Source: Azolla caroliniana (lineage: Eukaryota > Plantae > Polypodiophyta). Taken from it: a stretch of DNA of 64,000 bases. The stretch's first letter is position 1; each line of letters starts with the position of its first letter. Position numbers and translations under genes: made by a program. Below the pieces are notes generated by a model. It was not told the DNA's origin and made no database searches. It was given only the letters and a program-made list of their open reading frames with translations. This document shows positions 26,401-38,740 of this stretch, piece after piece. The DNA lies in NCBI GenBank assembly GCA_043228905.1, contig JBHGNT010000016.1, positions 1,054,001-1,118,000 of the forward strand, read 5' to 3'.

Positions 26401-29400
26401 ATCTACTGTTCACATTCTTGACAAGTGGTCTCTAATTACATTCCTTATCCAATCAATCCGCTTCAATAATCAGTCCCAACCTTCAAATCAAACCTACAAA
26501 TTTGTCCTGCCAAGTAAAGAATGACATTCTAGACTCTAGACTGGCATATCGTAGTAAGATGAATTTGTAATGATACCGGAGGTCATTTTATAGGATCTTC
26601 CATGCTCAATAGACTTCATAAAGCATGTTTTGGGCTTGATTTTGTATATGAATTATATGCTAGGAATAAGCCTTCATTGAAACTAAAGTGCAGCCCCCAT
26701 AGATTTGGTGGGCAAGTTGCAAACATCAGAATGAACTAGATCAAGCAGATTAGGCTTACAAGAGACACCAGAGTAGTAGGAAATCTTTACTTGCTCACCT
26801 TATTGGCACTCATTACAAAAATCAAATTTTGGGCCTTTAAATCTTAGTGGAGCATGAAAGAACTAGCCATTAGAGTACTGAATGCTCATATGACATTCTT
26901 AAGTTCATACTTCTTTTCAATGAGCCTATACAACGAGGAAACTAACATCTACAAACATATGTAAAACTATGTAAACATTTCTTCTCAACAAGCCTATTCA
27001 AGGAGGAAACTAACATCTACAAACATATATAAAACTATGTTCACAGTAGTCTGTATGCAACAATTAACTGATGAAGTTTTGAAATTCCATTTTTTAATTA
27101 AATGTTTGAGGTTTCCCCAACTAAAGATATATTTCAACTCATCTTCAAGGCAATTATAGCGTTTCATCACAAGTTTTATGCTGTTTCTTTCTTACCTCAA
27201 GAAGCTTCAGTGCTCTTTCAAGAAGTTCACAACTATGCACAATTGCAGGGGGTGTCTCTGCCATTGCCTCTCGAGAAAGCTCTACATATGACAAAGCCAT
27301 TGCTAATACAAGATCACGCTGGAAAAACTTTCCAAGTCGTTCTCGTAGCAAATCCTCTCCAACTTGCAAGACGACCTCCATCTCCCCAATTTCATGAAGT
27401 AAGCATAATGCTCCAGGTACCTGAAATAATGTTATGATGACAATTGCTATGTGCCTAAAAAGTTGGAGTCTCTAAATAAAAAAAGGAATTCTACCTTGCT
27501 CAGAGGAACGGCTACCATTATTGTTTTGTTTTCATCAGTTATAAGGCCTTCATTGTACTCCCCACGCAATTCTGGATCTGCTAGAGTCTCGCATGCTCCT
27601 TTGAGAATTTCTTGGCGAGAAATCAACGCCTCTTGACTAAAACCTTCCTTTGGTAGATTCTTTATGCGGGACTCGTAAGCTCTGACAATTGCATCTGCAA
27701 GAAAGTGTGTGTCTGCCCCAAGCACCTGTCAGACTAAAAATCATAAGATCATGGTCTTATACATTGCATCAGTAAAGAAGAATGGCGTTTACTCACATGT
27801 TCTCAACAGAATATGTTCCAAAGATATTATCAATGTGACTGGAAACCATGTTTACCACAACTTATCATTCTTTTCTTAAGATTTTGTTTCTATTCTTCAA
27901 AACTAAACACCATATACTGTTCAATCTGAAGAACGTTATGTATGTCACTGGCCTGTTTTCTATTGTTGCCTCTTCAGCCAAGGAGTTGGCTCACTACATA
28001 AGGTAATGGGATATGACAACCAACAGTGTTTGGGGCTATGCTTGCTAGAACTCAAGAGACACTAGGAGCAGTTGTTCTGGCTAGAACAATTGGAGCAAAA
28101 CAAGGATGCCCACTTTCACCCATACTGGCTAACACAAGGATGAGGTACAACATTACATAGAGAGATTTGGCAGTTTGGGAGCATGCCCAGCAGGTATAAC
28201 CATACAAATATTACTGTATTCTAATGATATTGTGCTGATATCTGACAGTCCGTAGGGACTACAAAGACATCTAAAAGCCTTAAAAAAGTATTTTGTATGA
28301 ACAAAGGTTTGTTGGTAAATATAGATAAAACTCAAGTGATGGTGTTTAACACCATTGAAGAATGGGTAATAAAATCAGAACCAGAATCCCCATCTAAACA
28401 TGACCAAAAAGGAAAAGCTTAAGCGATCCAAACTGAGATGGAACAGCCCCAGAACATCTCTTGGCTGTGAGATGGCCCACTATAAAGCAGTTTTTACACA
28501 CATTGGAGGATGGATTCATCATCAGGCCCTCTTATATGGACATACATCTATCCTATGTGCTGGCTAGTGTGATAGGGTAGTTGCAAACTTTTTCCCATCA
28601 GTTTGAGATTGATCTACACAAATATGCACAAATACCTCTAGAAGAAAAAAATTGCCAATTGTGTCATCAGGGAGTGCATTATGAAGAATGCCATGTTTGC
28701 CATTGTACTGTTTTTTATGAAATGAGAGGGAGATGTCATTGCCTCTTTAAGCAAAGCTTAGGCCTAATACACAAGGTAAGGAAATATGAGGACCAACGGT
28801 GCCTGGGTCTTTCTTGCTAGAACTCAAGAGACACATAGAGGAGTTGTTGAAGGACAATAATACAACTACACAAGCTCATTGATAAAGAACTATCACAACA
28901 TCCTTTCGCCCCATTGCTCCTACTCATGCTACAAATCAATCAAGGGCTACACAAGGGGGCTCCCGACCAGGACCTTGCAAAGGGTTACAATGGATCAGAC
29001 AATAGCATGCATGTAGGCGTTGCCTTGGGGAATACGATCTCACCACCCTTGTCACTGACAGATAAAGACCATTATCTTCTGCCATCGCAAGTGGTTTTGT
29101 TACTTCAGAGATCTCTCTATTTTGGATTGACCTATGTTACACATCTTTTGAGGAATAAGGACTATATCTGATGTGAGAATCTTACATGTATAGAAAATGT
29201 GATTCTGTAGTCATTGTTATTTTTGTTTATTTATTTACTTCATTACATTTATGTTGTTTTGTTGTTCTTGAAGATGAGGATGAAAACTAACAGTAGCAAT
29301 AGGATGTAGATGGAGATAAGATTAGCAATAGGATTAAGAAAGAGATAAAAATAGCAATATGATTAAACGAAAGAAAATATAGGAGATTTCATTGACATTA

Positions 29401-32400
29401 ACCCTTTCATTGATTTCCTAAATCCCTTAATTGCACTCTGCACAAACAACCTAAAACCTGCTTGCCTGTGCCATCTCTCTCTTCTCTCCACCTGGCTTGT
29501 CTAAGCTCACCACCTTCTTCAAACCGGTATCAAAGCCTTCAGATTTCCTCATGTGTAAAAGGTTTTATACAGAGTTTAACAGTCTAGGTTCATAGCTGAA
29601 CCTGACTCCAATGTCAAGTGGAAGATAGCATTTATGCAAGAGAATCTGTGGGAAATTGCTGGAATTTGTCATAGTAGGTTTTGTCATCCGCTAGAATCTA
29701 CAAGTCTGCATGCAGCAAATCAGGCATTTCTGTTCCAGTTTATTTTGATTCTTTACCATTGTGGAATGTATACAGAAACTGTTGTAAAAACATAAGCAGA
29801 GAATTTCACTTTAGATTTTCCCCAAATTGATTTCAGGAGTCCAGGCAAAGGTCCTTGTCATTATTGGTGCCATGTTGACAATACAGAATGCTCTCACACT
29901 TGAATTGTGAACTTGGATATATCTTTTCATGTGATGCCTATCAACAGGTCATGGCAATGTTTTCTTGGCTGTTGTATGATAGCCAAGTGCTTTTATCGAA
30001 TTATGACAGATATGTATTCGGTATATATGGGACATCTAGATGTGCATGAATATAGCATTGTGTTCAATGGTAGTTCTTGGAAATTGACTGAAGATTTTAT
30101 TCTTGTTGTCATGGACAGCAAGAGAGGCAGTCTGTTGCTTGCATGAATAAACTTTGCTTTGAAAATTTATTGTTGTTGCAAAGGTATATTGACATCTGGA
30201 ACTTTGGCACAAAAGGCTTGGTCATATGGGCCAAAAAAGCCTAGATATCACCATCCGGTTGCCAAGGGCCAAAAACTACATTTTTGTAATGATCGCCAAC
30301 ATGGAAAGCAAGTGAGGAATTCTCATTGCTCTGATATGACTCAGAAGCAGAATTTCCTTGACCTTGTTCATTCTGATGCCTATCAATTCAATGAAAGGTG
30401 CTTTTTACTCTCTTTTGTTTGTGATTACTCAAGACTTACTTGCTGAAAATTAAGACCAAACACTTGTTGAAAAGTAAAAGTGATACATCATTGTTGCGTT
30501 TCAGAAATTTACGAGTAGCTAAAAAGGTAGAATATTGAAATGACAGCATCCGAACATTGTTGGGGAGTGCACAAGTGCTGAAGCTCAGAAATTTTGGGAT
30601 CCTCATGATATAAAGAGGGATTTAACAGCCTCATATAGTCCCTCTTCCGATGGTGTGGTTGAACATTATGGCAAGAATCTATGTGAGGAAGTGACATGCA
30701 TGCTTCACATTTTGAGAAGCTGCTATAAAAACCACAAGTCATATTTGCAATAGCTCTCCTCATAGAACATTAAAAATGGACATCCCTGAAGAGGTTCGGT
30801 CTAGCAAACTTGCTTTATACGACTACTTAGGTGCATTTGGTTGGCATGCCTATCGTATACATTAGTCAAGATTTGCAAAATAAGATTGATAGTAAGTCTA
30901 TTAAAAGCACTTCCATGGGATATGATGATGACGATGAAATGGGCTATAGATTTTGGTTGACCAGTTTATGGCAGAAGTATGCAGTTAATATGTTTTTATT
31001 GGGGCAAAGCTACTCAGAGATAATGTTGCCTCAAAAGATGACTGCAAAATAGTCTAATTTCAGTACATACGGTCACCCATAAGCACACAAACAGATTCAT
31101 GATGCACCACAAAGGGCTGAAAATAGCATTGAACTTGTGGTAATTGTGCCAGAACATGTTGGACAGCCATTGAATTCACCTGATGATAATAAAACACCTG
31201 TAGAACATGATCAACACATGGCTGTAAATGATGGACAGCAGTTCCAAAAGAATGATCACGTGGTTCTTTGTGACAGCAGTTCCAAAAGAACAAATGTTTA
31301 ACTTGAAGATAGTTTAGCTCTATAGGTGCAAAGGTCTGAATCTCTAGATGTGATATACGTGTTGGATATTGAATGTGTATTATGCATCCACATTCAGCCC
31401 TTGTAAAGCCTATTGAGAGATATTGACAATAATTGGATGGTTTAGCATGGCGCTTTGTGTGCACATCATGTGGCAACATGTGAATTACATGCAAAAAGTC
31501 TTTTGAGAGGTACATATAGTCTCTCAAGAAAATTGTAAGAGGAGAAGAAAAAGGAAAATTGATCAACAGGTTCAAGAAGAGCTAAAGAATCTATAATTGT
31601 AAGTTATATTTGAGTTTTTGAATCTTTAGGGTTACAATTTCACTACTCTATTGTACATTTACAGCTATTAATAATCTAAGTAATCTCTTGATTTTCCAAA
31701 ACCATCCATCTGTTTCTCAAATTCTATTATCTCTCTTTCTCACTCCCAATTCCTCTCAATCTATCTATTTCATTTTCTTTCTCACTGATCACGAACTTTA
31801 CAATAAAGGGTACATTTAAATTGCAGAGATTCTGTGAATGAGACATGGCTGGTGATGTGGATACCAGTAAATCCATTAGGGGCAACACTTATACATTGGC
31901 AAGTGGTCCTATTTTTACAATCCTCCCGATTTCAGAAAATAGTTGCACTATCTACAAAGAGGTTGAATATATTTCAGCCACTCATGGAGGATGGTGAGAC
32001 AGAAACTGTGAAAGCGATATACTATTCGATCTCTACTGGGATTACAGCTAGAACTGGGTAGAGTGCCATATGTCTAGCTAATAATGCTACATTTCATTCA
32101 TGTACAAAACACATTGATGCAAGGTACCACTTCATCAGGGACATACTCGAGGATGAGCTGATCTCTTAGATCAATATCAACACATCCCAAAATCCTGCAG
32201 ATTCTCTTACTCTCAATGGGTGATTACCAAGGGATTACTCCCCATCCAATTACACTTTTTGCTATATCCTACAATGTAAAGTCCTGTGCAGCCCCCAGCT
32301 CCCTGACATTGTCTTTTGCCAATGGTTTGTGCCACATCGACATGGAGGTTCAATCAAGCACACAATTTTTGTGCCACATCTGGTTGGATTTTCCTCTTGG

Positions 32401-33643
32401 CAAACCATCCAAACCTAGACAATTTTATTCCACATGTACATGGACAAGGAACAATCCCCCCTATAGTGTACACGGCTAATGTTTTGTGCCACATCAGCAT
32501 GGGGTTTCATTGATTTTGGTTCACATCCAAGATAGATTTTCATTGAGCACACAATTCTAATATACCGTACATGAAAACTGGGAATCCGAAGGCTTCCCCA
32601 TTTCATACAAAGTAAACTTGGAAACTTATGGAGATGCATATGAAAAACATAAAAACAAAGAAAAAAATGGATTTATAAATAAGGGAAGAAAGCTAGAAAA
32701 ACCTGATAGTAATCCAACGGAAGAGAGACTGCTCGTTCTGTTAGGGCCGGGAAAGATGATGCAAGTGCACCACTAGTTTTCCCATTTCTATTCACTTGCG
32801 AAATGGCCTCAGTAAGGTCTTCGATATTGGGCTCATTCGAAACATAGAGGTCATGAGAGAGACGGTCTGTCCATTTCGCTGCTTTGCAAGTGTAATCAAA
32901 GTTTCTTCTTCTTCTTTCTTCTGAACGTAAAGAAAACCAATATTATGAAAAGGAAAGGAGAAAAACTCTGAAACATGCTCAATTTTCTATGTATTATGAA
33001 AATACCCTGCATTTTCATTCTTTCCTAAATGCCCAGACTTTTTGATCGAAAACCCAAAAGAACAAGCAATCATTTGGTCAATTCTTCCCCTTTTTCTCGA
33101 TTATATGACTATTTGAGAAATTAAAGCGTCAATTCATTTTTCTCTTCAGGAGGGTGACCAAGGGTATTTGGGAAATAACGAACCCTCAGGGACATTTGGT
33201 GAAATAAAGCAAATGTGAAGAAGTATTTCAGAGTTTTTTTCCAAAGAAAAACCATAGATATTGACACCAATAGAAGATGTATGTGAAATGAAATGATTTG
33301 TTGGCGGTCATTTAAGGGTTTAAAACGCATATAAAGTATAAACATAGTAATAATTAACAAATACGATATAAAAGGAAATCCTTAAGTTGATATTCATGAT
33401 ATGCGATCAAAAAAAATAAGGAAAAAAAGACTAGAGATATGGAAAGAAAACTCCCATGTTTTGCAATAAAGAAGCAGACACCTTACCTTGAAACAAACGC
33501 TTTCTTGAAGAACAAGAAGAACAGGAAGAACAGGAAAAAGGCGAATGTGTATTTCCAGCTAAAGCTCTGAATTTTCTGTTGAAAAACGGTGAGAAAACTT
33601 CTGGTGCAAGTACCAAAACCTCGGATTTATATGCAATATTCAT
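23488..33643 (-). CDS. ARC6: Plastid division protein ARC6 (Ftn2 family). Exons approx. 33643-33487, 32920-32702, 27726-27496, 27420-27196, 25970-~24770, ~24272-24139, 23779-23488
   Basis: Transit-peptide-like first exon joins in phase (CAAG|GT ... AG|AA) to AAKWTDRL...PLDYYQ. J-like domain VLGADTHFLADAIVRAYE. Central CVLELLAFPL...REEGLQG...ILWAVGEGGA segment, a TM helix, and a C-terminal DUF4101-like KWQTAKAHALG...YTTRYEL...WKITSGAVL. The start codon is the least certain part. Confidence 0.93.
24346..24680. mobile_element. AT-rich non-autonomous hAT-type MITE in an ARC6 intron
   Basis: Imperfect TIRs CATAGTTGTA / TACAACAATG, perfect 8-bp TSD ATCTAAAT (24338-24345 and 24681-24688), and repeated subterminal GTATTC motifs. 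Confidence 0.8.
25926..26228. repeat. Three tandem 103-bp copies spanning an ARC6 intron/exon acceptor junction
   Basis: gttcctgcaaggctggagct starts at 25931, 26034 and 26137. Each copy contains the minus-strand acceptor TGTAG|GAGGAAGG. Confidence 0.97.
27990..29200 (+). mobile_element. Degraded non-LTR retrotransposon (LINE) 3' remnants in the long ARC6 intron
   Basis: ORF 28581-28820 has a C-x2-C...H-x4-C pattern (NCQLCHQG..EECHVCHCTVFYEMR) like the C-terminal knuckle of LINE ORF2. The segment cttgctagaactcaagagacac occurs twice (~28040 and ~28813). Boundaries are approximate. Confidence 0.55.
29523..32215 (+). mobile_element. Old, internally deleted Ty1/copia remnant in the ARC6 intron
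   Basis: PBS-like cggtatcaaagc at ~29525. Degenerate WHKRLGH (~30205), LDLVHSD, integrase tail KIDSKSIKSTSMGYDDDDEMGYRFW and RNase H SRFQKIVALST...HSCTKHIDARYHFIRD. Many stops and frameshifts; no RT recognisable. Confidence 0.85.
31598..31802. mobile_element. Possible short solo LTR inserted in the copia remnant
   Basis: TGTAAG...TTTACA termini with flanks ATAAT/ATAAA (4 of 5 match). AT-rich and sits just before the RNase H-like segment. Confidence 0.4.
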
Positions 33644-34381
33644 ATTTTTCACAATAGAAACGATACATAGGATTCTGCAAAATCAAAAACCCTAAACCCG
33701 AACCCAACGGATACAGGTAAAATCTTAAGCCCTAAACCTGATGGATGCAGGTAAGTTCTTCAACCCAAAAGCCTAAAATCTAAAACCTAAAATCGTAAGA
33801 CAAAAGCCTAAAATCTAAAACCTAAGCCAACAGATAACCCTATCACAACAAGAACGGAAGCTTTCCATAGCCTTCCTTCGACAGTGTAAAGACTATTTAT
33901 AAATATAACCCTAGCAATTTTGATCAATATCCAAAATACCCCTGGCTGTGCTCATATAGAATAATCCTTTATATACCCTTGATTAGAGTCGTGTCGAGAC
34001 AAGTTGAAGACGATAATCGTGTGTAAATTTGTGATTAGACATATCATTAAGAAAATTCGATAAGCAATAAAGAGTGCGAGATATATTTGGTAGTTTGTCT
34101 CCATTAATTAGGAATAACATGCTAGTCAACAAAATAATCATAATTGGGAATAACATGCTAGCTTAATATGTCTCCATTAATTTTAATCATCAAAATTAAA
34201 TCAAGTAATTGGCTTCTAACGTAAAGCAAAGGGAGCAATGTCGCAAACTAAGATTCCAATTATCTCAATTGGGTCACTCGTTTGAAATTTAACTTAAAAA
34301 ATTAGTGATTAAATATTGTAATTATCGTTGTCACGTAAACACACATGCATGCGTTGATACAATTGGATTGGGCAGGGGACC

Positions 34382-34992
34382 TGTTGAGATATCAAGCTAA
34401 ACTAGATTTAGTTAGTCAACACACGTAACTTAGTAGTTACCTAGATAAAATCTAATTAGTGTCTTGACCTTAAACCCTTAAATAGGTTTTTATGCTTTAG
34501 TGGGATACATTGTAGATCCTCCACTCCCATGTTCATTTAATATAGGACTTACACCTTTGTACCTATATTCTACTCACACATGTGCACCTTTGCACATGAG
34601 ATGTATAATGTATGTACATATATATATGTACCTCATTGTGGGTATTTTTTGTATTTGATGATGCTTTTTTTTTTTCCAAAAAAAACATCTACTTCCATTA
34701 GTTAAGAATGTACAAAGGAATCATTTACAACTCATATCTTACAAGACATCTTGCATGTCAAAGGAAAACAATGTGAAGATGAAACAACATAATAAAAAAA
34801 CAACATTTTTTGTATTTGATGATGCTTTTTAATATAGTTAATCATCCCCTGTCTTGTCTCGTTGTTCATGAGTGTTCTTTCTCTTTTCCTCTCACACTCT
34901 CACATACATGCACACACATCACATAATCTTTCGCTGCTTAATCACATAATTAGGTACTAATTAACCCGTGCTTAATAACCTAATTCTTAACA
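34382..34992. mobile_element. Solo LTR upstream of ARC6
   Basis: Termini TGTTGAGA...TCTTAACA with a perfect 5-bp TSD GGACC (34377-34381 and 34993-34997). Confidence 0.8.
34665..34804 (-). mobile_element. 5'-truncated poly(A) retroposon (LINE/SINE 3' end) inserted in the solo LTR
   Basis: T11 tract at the left edge. Direct repeat ATTTTTTGTATTTGATGATGC of at least 21 bp at 34644-34664 and 34805-34825. Confidence 0.75.
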
Positions 34993-35549
34993 GGACCTAA
35001 ACCAAGAGGGACATGATGTTCTGTGAGAAGACCTTCAAACCCTTATGTGGATTGTCTGGTGTAATTTCCCTCTTAGTGAATTTGCAGTATTAGGGTTGAA
35101 GATTTGAGTCTAGGAAAACCTAGACTCAAGGAAGCTTAGGCTTCACCTGAGGAGTGCAATGTACAATGAGTACTTAACAAACATTTGTTTCAAAGACTCA
35201 TAAAGTTCCAAGTTATTCGCTATGAAAACTTGTTTCTTGTGCGATTAATCAAAAGATATAGCAAATTCCAAATTGACCATGATTTACCACCATTTCTTTG
35301 TTTTGCCATTGCACACATTTAGCTATCTAGAGTTTGAGGGTGATGACAACTCATGACGCCATATTCACACCACATTGTCTGCAACTCGTGGTTTCATACA
35401 ACACTAATGTATTGCCATAGAACATTGTTGTCTACAAACCCTATAAACAAATGTGTTTAATTCCAAATTTAATATTAGTCGTTAGTCATAACACTGAATC
35501 ACACGATGTCACAAAAACTAGAAGGATGTGTCCTAGGAATATGGCTATA

Positions 35550-36225
35550 TGTTAGGAATTGACGCTTTCAAACCTTCACCTCTCGGCCACAACCGAGGAA
35601 ACACGGATCAATGCAGCAGTAAATCGAAAAACACAGAGAGAGAGACTCGAATGCACAGGGTTTAGCGTGAAAACCCTAGACGAGAAAAACCACGGGAGTG
35701 AAAAATACTCCAACTATCACTATACGCAGGGAATGTACAATGGCGAGCTGCAAGGCGACGACCTTGAGCTCGCTGTCCTCGCCACAGACGGCGGTATTAC
35801 ACAGAGGCGTCTACCTCTTCCTTTATCTCTCTCTCTCTCGCTCTCTCTCTCGGCTGCTCTCACTTCGCTCCCTCTAAGTGGAAAACAGAAAAATGAGCAG
35901 CAACATACAGCAGTTTGCCCTAAGTCATATTTATACACATATGACTTTCGGGCTATTTACAAATATAGCCTCAAGGGCCCTTGGCAAACATATTCACACA
36001 TATGTCCCCGCATCTGGATCTCTCTCCGGGTACATTCGTCATCCGGCTCCGTAACCGGGGTCTTCATCATCCGGCTTCGTAGCCGGGTCTTTATCCGGCT
36101 TCATGCCGGGTACTCTTCATCCGGCTTCATGCCGGGTACTCTTCATCCTCTGGTTCCGTAACCGTAACCGGGCTTGCCGTCATTCATTTCCGGACATCCC
36201 ATCCGGAGGGACCGAAATCCCAACA
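35550..36225 (-). repeat. 3' LTR of the copia element
   Basis: Direct repeat of 43849-44524, adjacent to the PPT. Confidence 0.97.
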
Positions 36226-36235
36226 AACTCCCCCT

Positions 36236-38547
36236 TCACTTCGGCATGGGATGTCTTTCCAGTCCGATCCTCTTCCGGCATGCATCCAGCTTGTCGGGTG
36301 TGAGAACCTTGGTCAGCATATCCAACCCGTTCTCGTCCGTGTGGATCTTCGTCAGCACGAACTCCTTGTCTTCTATCCTTTCCCGGATCCAGTGATATCT
36401 TCGCTGGATGTGCTTCGTCCGGGAGTGATAGGCCGCGTTCTTCGCAAGGTGGATGGCACTCTGACTGTCGCAGTAGAGTCGGTACTCCTCCTGCCGGATA
36501 CCGAGCTCTCTAATGAAGTCCTTCATCCATATTATTTCCTTGCCGGCTTCAACAGCCGCCATGTACTCCGCCTCCGTGGTTGACAACGCAACCGTCTTTT
36601 GCAGCCTCGACTGCCACGAAACAGCTCCCCCTGCATACGTCATCACATACCCTGATGTGGACCGGCTGGTATCTGCATCAGCCGACATATCCGAATCGGT
36701 GAAGCCGTCGAGTTCGGGCTTACCGGAGCCGAATCGGAGGCACACGTTTGCCGTGCCCTTCAGGTATCGGAGTATCCACTTGACCGCGTTCCAGTGCTCT
36801 TTGCCGGGATTGCTCATGTACCGGCTCACCACTCCGACTGCATATCCTATGTCCGGTCTTGTACACACCATTGCGTACATCAAGCTTCCGACGGCAGAGG
36901 CATATGGTACTTTCATCATGTCCTCCTTATCAGCCTTTGTCTTGGGGCTTTGCTTGCTGGACAACTTGCAGTTTGCCGGGAGGGTTGACCCGACCGGTCT
37001 TGCTTCCGACATGTTGAACCGTTGAAGCACCTTTGTCACGTACTTCTCCTGTGACAGCCACAACTGCTTCTTCCTCCGGTCCCGGATGATGTGCATCCCT
37101 AATATTTGCCTCGCCGGACCCAAGTCCTTCATTGAGAAGGTTCGGTGAAGAGCCTTCTTCAGCATCCGTATCTTGACCTGGTCCCGTCCGACGATCAACA
37201 TGTCGTCCACGTACAAGAGGAGTATTAGAAAGTCTCCTCCTTCGAACTTCTTCACAAACACGCAGTGATCGGACTGCGTTTTGTGGTACCCTTCGTCGGT
37301 CATGAAGGAGTCGAACTTCCGGTACCACTGCCGGGGAGCCTGCTTCAGTCCGTAAAGGCTCTTCTTCAACCGGCATACCAGGTGCTCCTTCCCTTTCTTC
37401 TCGAATCCTTCCGGTTGCTGCATGTAGATCTCTTCTTCGAGGTCACCGTGAAGGAATGCCGTCTTCACGTCCATCTGTTCTACCTCGAGGTCCATGCTTG
37501 CCGCTATGCTCAGCACCGTCCGGATGGAGGTCATCTTCACTACCGGGGCAAATATCTCATCGAAGTCGACGCCCTTCTTCTGCTGGAACCCCTTCACCAC
37601 GATTCTGGCTTTGTATCTCGGGGGGTTTCCGGCATCTCCCGGTTTCAGCTTGAACACCCACTTGTTTCGAAGTGCCCGCTTTCCTTTTGGCAACTCCACA
37701 AGTTCATATGTGTGGTTCTCATGTAGGGAATCCATCTCCTCCTGCATGGCACTTAACCACCTGCGGCTATGGGTGTCAAGCTTTGCATCTTCGAAACTCT
37801 CCGGCTCCCCCTCGTCGGTTAGCAGCATGTGCTCTGGTTCCGGAAATCTCCGGGGGGCCCTTCTCTCTCTTAGAGGATATCTCCATTCCGGAGCTTCGGT
37901 AACCGGCTCCTCCGTTTCCTCTTCATCCGAATCCATTTCGGGATCGGGGCCGGTTCCGGTATCAGTTTCATCTTCCTCGGCCGGTTCTGTTTCTTCACCG
38001 TCTTCGGCCGGATCCTCGAGTGCTAACCGGTCCCTTGCCGGTCGGGACTGCTCTTCGTAGAGTTGATTCTCACCGGTCGACTTGGAGCTCTTCATCTTCT
38101 TCTCCGACTCCCAGTCGGCGAGTGTCTTGTCCTCCATGAAGACTCCTGAATATCTTCTTGTCGACCGGGTCCCATACTCGGTAGCCGAACTCATCGTTGC
38201 CGTAACCGAGGAATATGCATGGCCGGGTCTTTGGATCTAGCTTTCCTCTCCGGTCCTTTGCCACATGCACATATACTAGACACCCGAACACCTTCAGATG
38301 CCGGTAGGACACTTCCTTACCGGTCCACACTCTCTGCGGCGTGTCTCCGTCCAAAGGTACTGAGGGTGATCTGTTTATCACGTATGTCGCCGTCGACATT
38401 GCCTCAGCCCAAAACCCCTTGGGTAATTTCGCATGCGCCAGCATACTCCGGACCCTCTCCATTATGGTCCGGTTCATCCTCTCGGCCAGCCCGTTCAGTT
38501 CCGGCGTCTTCGGCACAGTAAACTCGAGCCGGATTCCCATCGAACGG
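36236..38547 (-). pseudogene. Copia pol: integrase C-terminal part, reverse transcriptase and RNase H (frameshift at ~38140)
   Basis: TPELNGLAERMNRT and GKLDPKTRPCIFLGY in one frame. YKARIVVKGF, QMDVKTAFLHG, SLYGLKQAPRQW, LLYVDDML, TDSDMSAD and HSRTKHI in another frame. Confidence 0.95.
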
Positions 38548-38667
38548 TGTCGTGACGATTTTCGGCTACGGTGTGAAACCGAGTGAGACGAATAAACCAA
38601 GGATGTGCAACATTGCACATGCACTTAGCAAATAAACCTAGCCTAGTGGCACTTGAGTTCATACAGA

Positions 38668-38740
38668 GGGGTGCAAGCAAGGATTGAACCTTGCACCTCT
38701 AACATACAAGATAATTGCCTTACCACTAGGACAACTATCA
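38668..38740 (-). promoter_or_regulatory. tRNA-derived sequence (Pol III A/B-box-like) in the 5' LTR of the nested element
   Basis: The minus strand reads TGATAGTTGTCCTAGTGGTAAGGCAATTATCTTGTATGTTAGAGGTGCAAGGTTCAATCCTTGCTTGCACCCC. It has an A-box-like TGTCCTAGTGG and a B-box GGTTCAATCC inside a GCAAGG/CCTTGC stem, at tRNA-like spacing. Acceptor and anticodon stems are degenerate. Confidence 0.7.

Noticed and set aside
31060-31575. 171-aa minus-strand ORF in the ARC6 intron
   Set aside because: It is antisense to the degraded copia linker region, starts at TTG and has no recognisable domain.
35559-36161. Identical 200-aa ORFs at 35559 and 43858
   Set aside because: They are antisense read-throughs of the two copia LTRs, start at TTG, include a CT microsatellite and show no domain.
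38668-38740. Functional tRNA gene in the LTR
   Set aside because: Acceptor and anticodon stems do not pair, so it is reported only as tRNA-derived.
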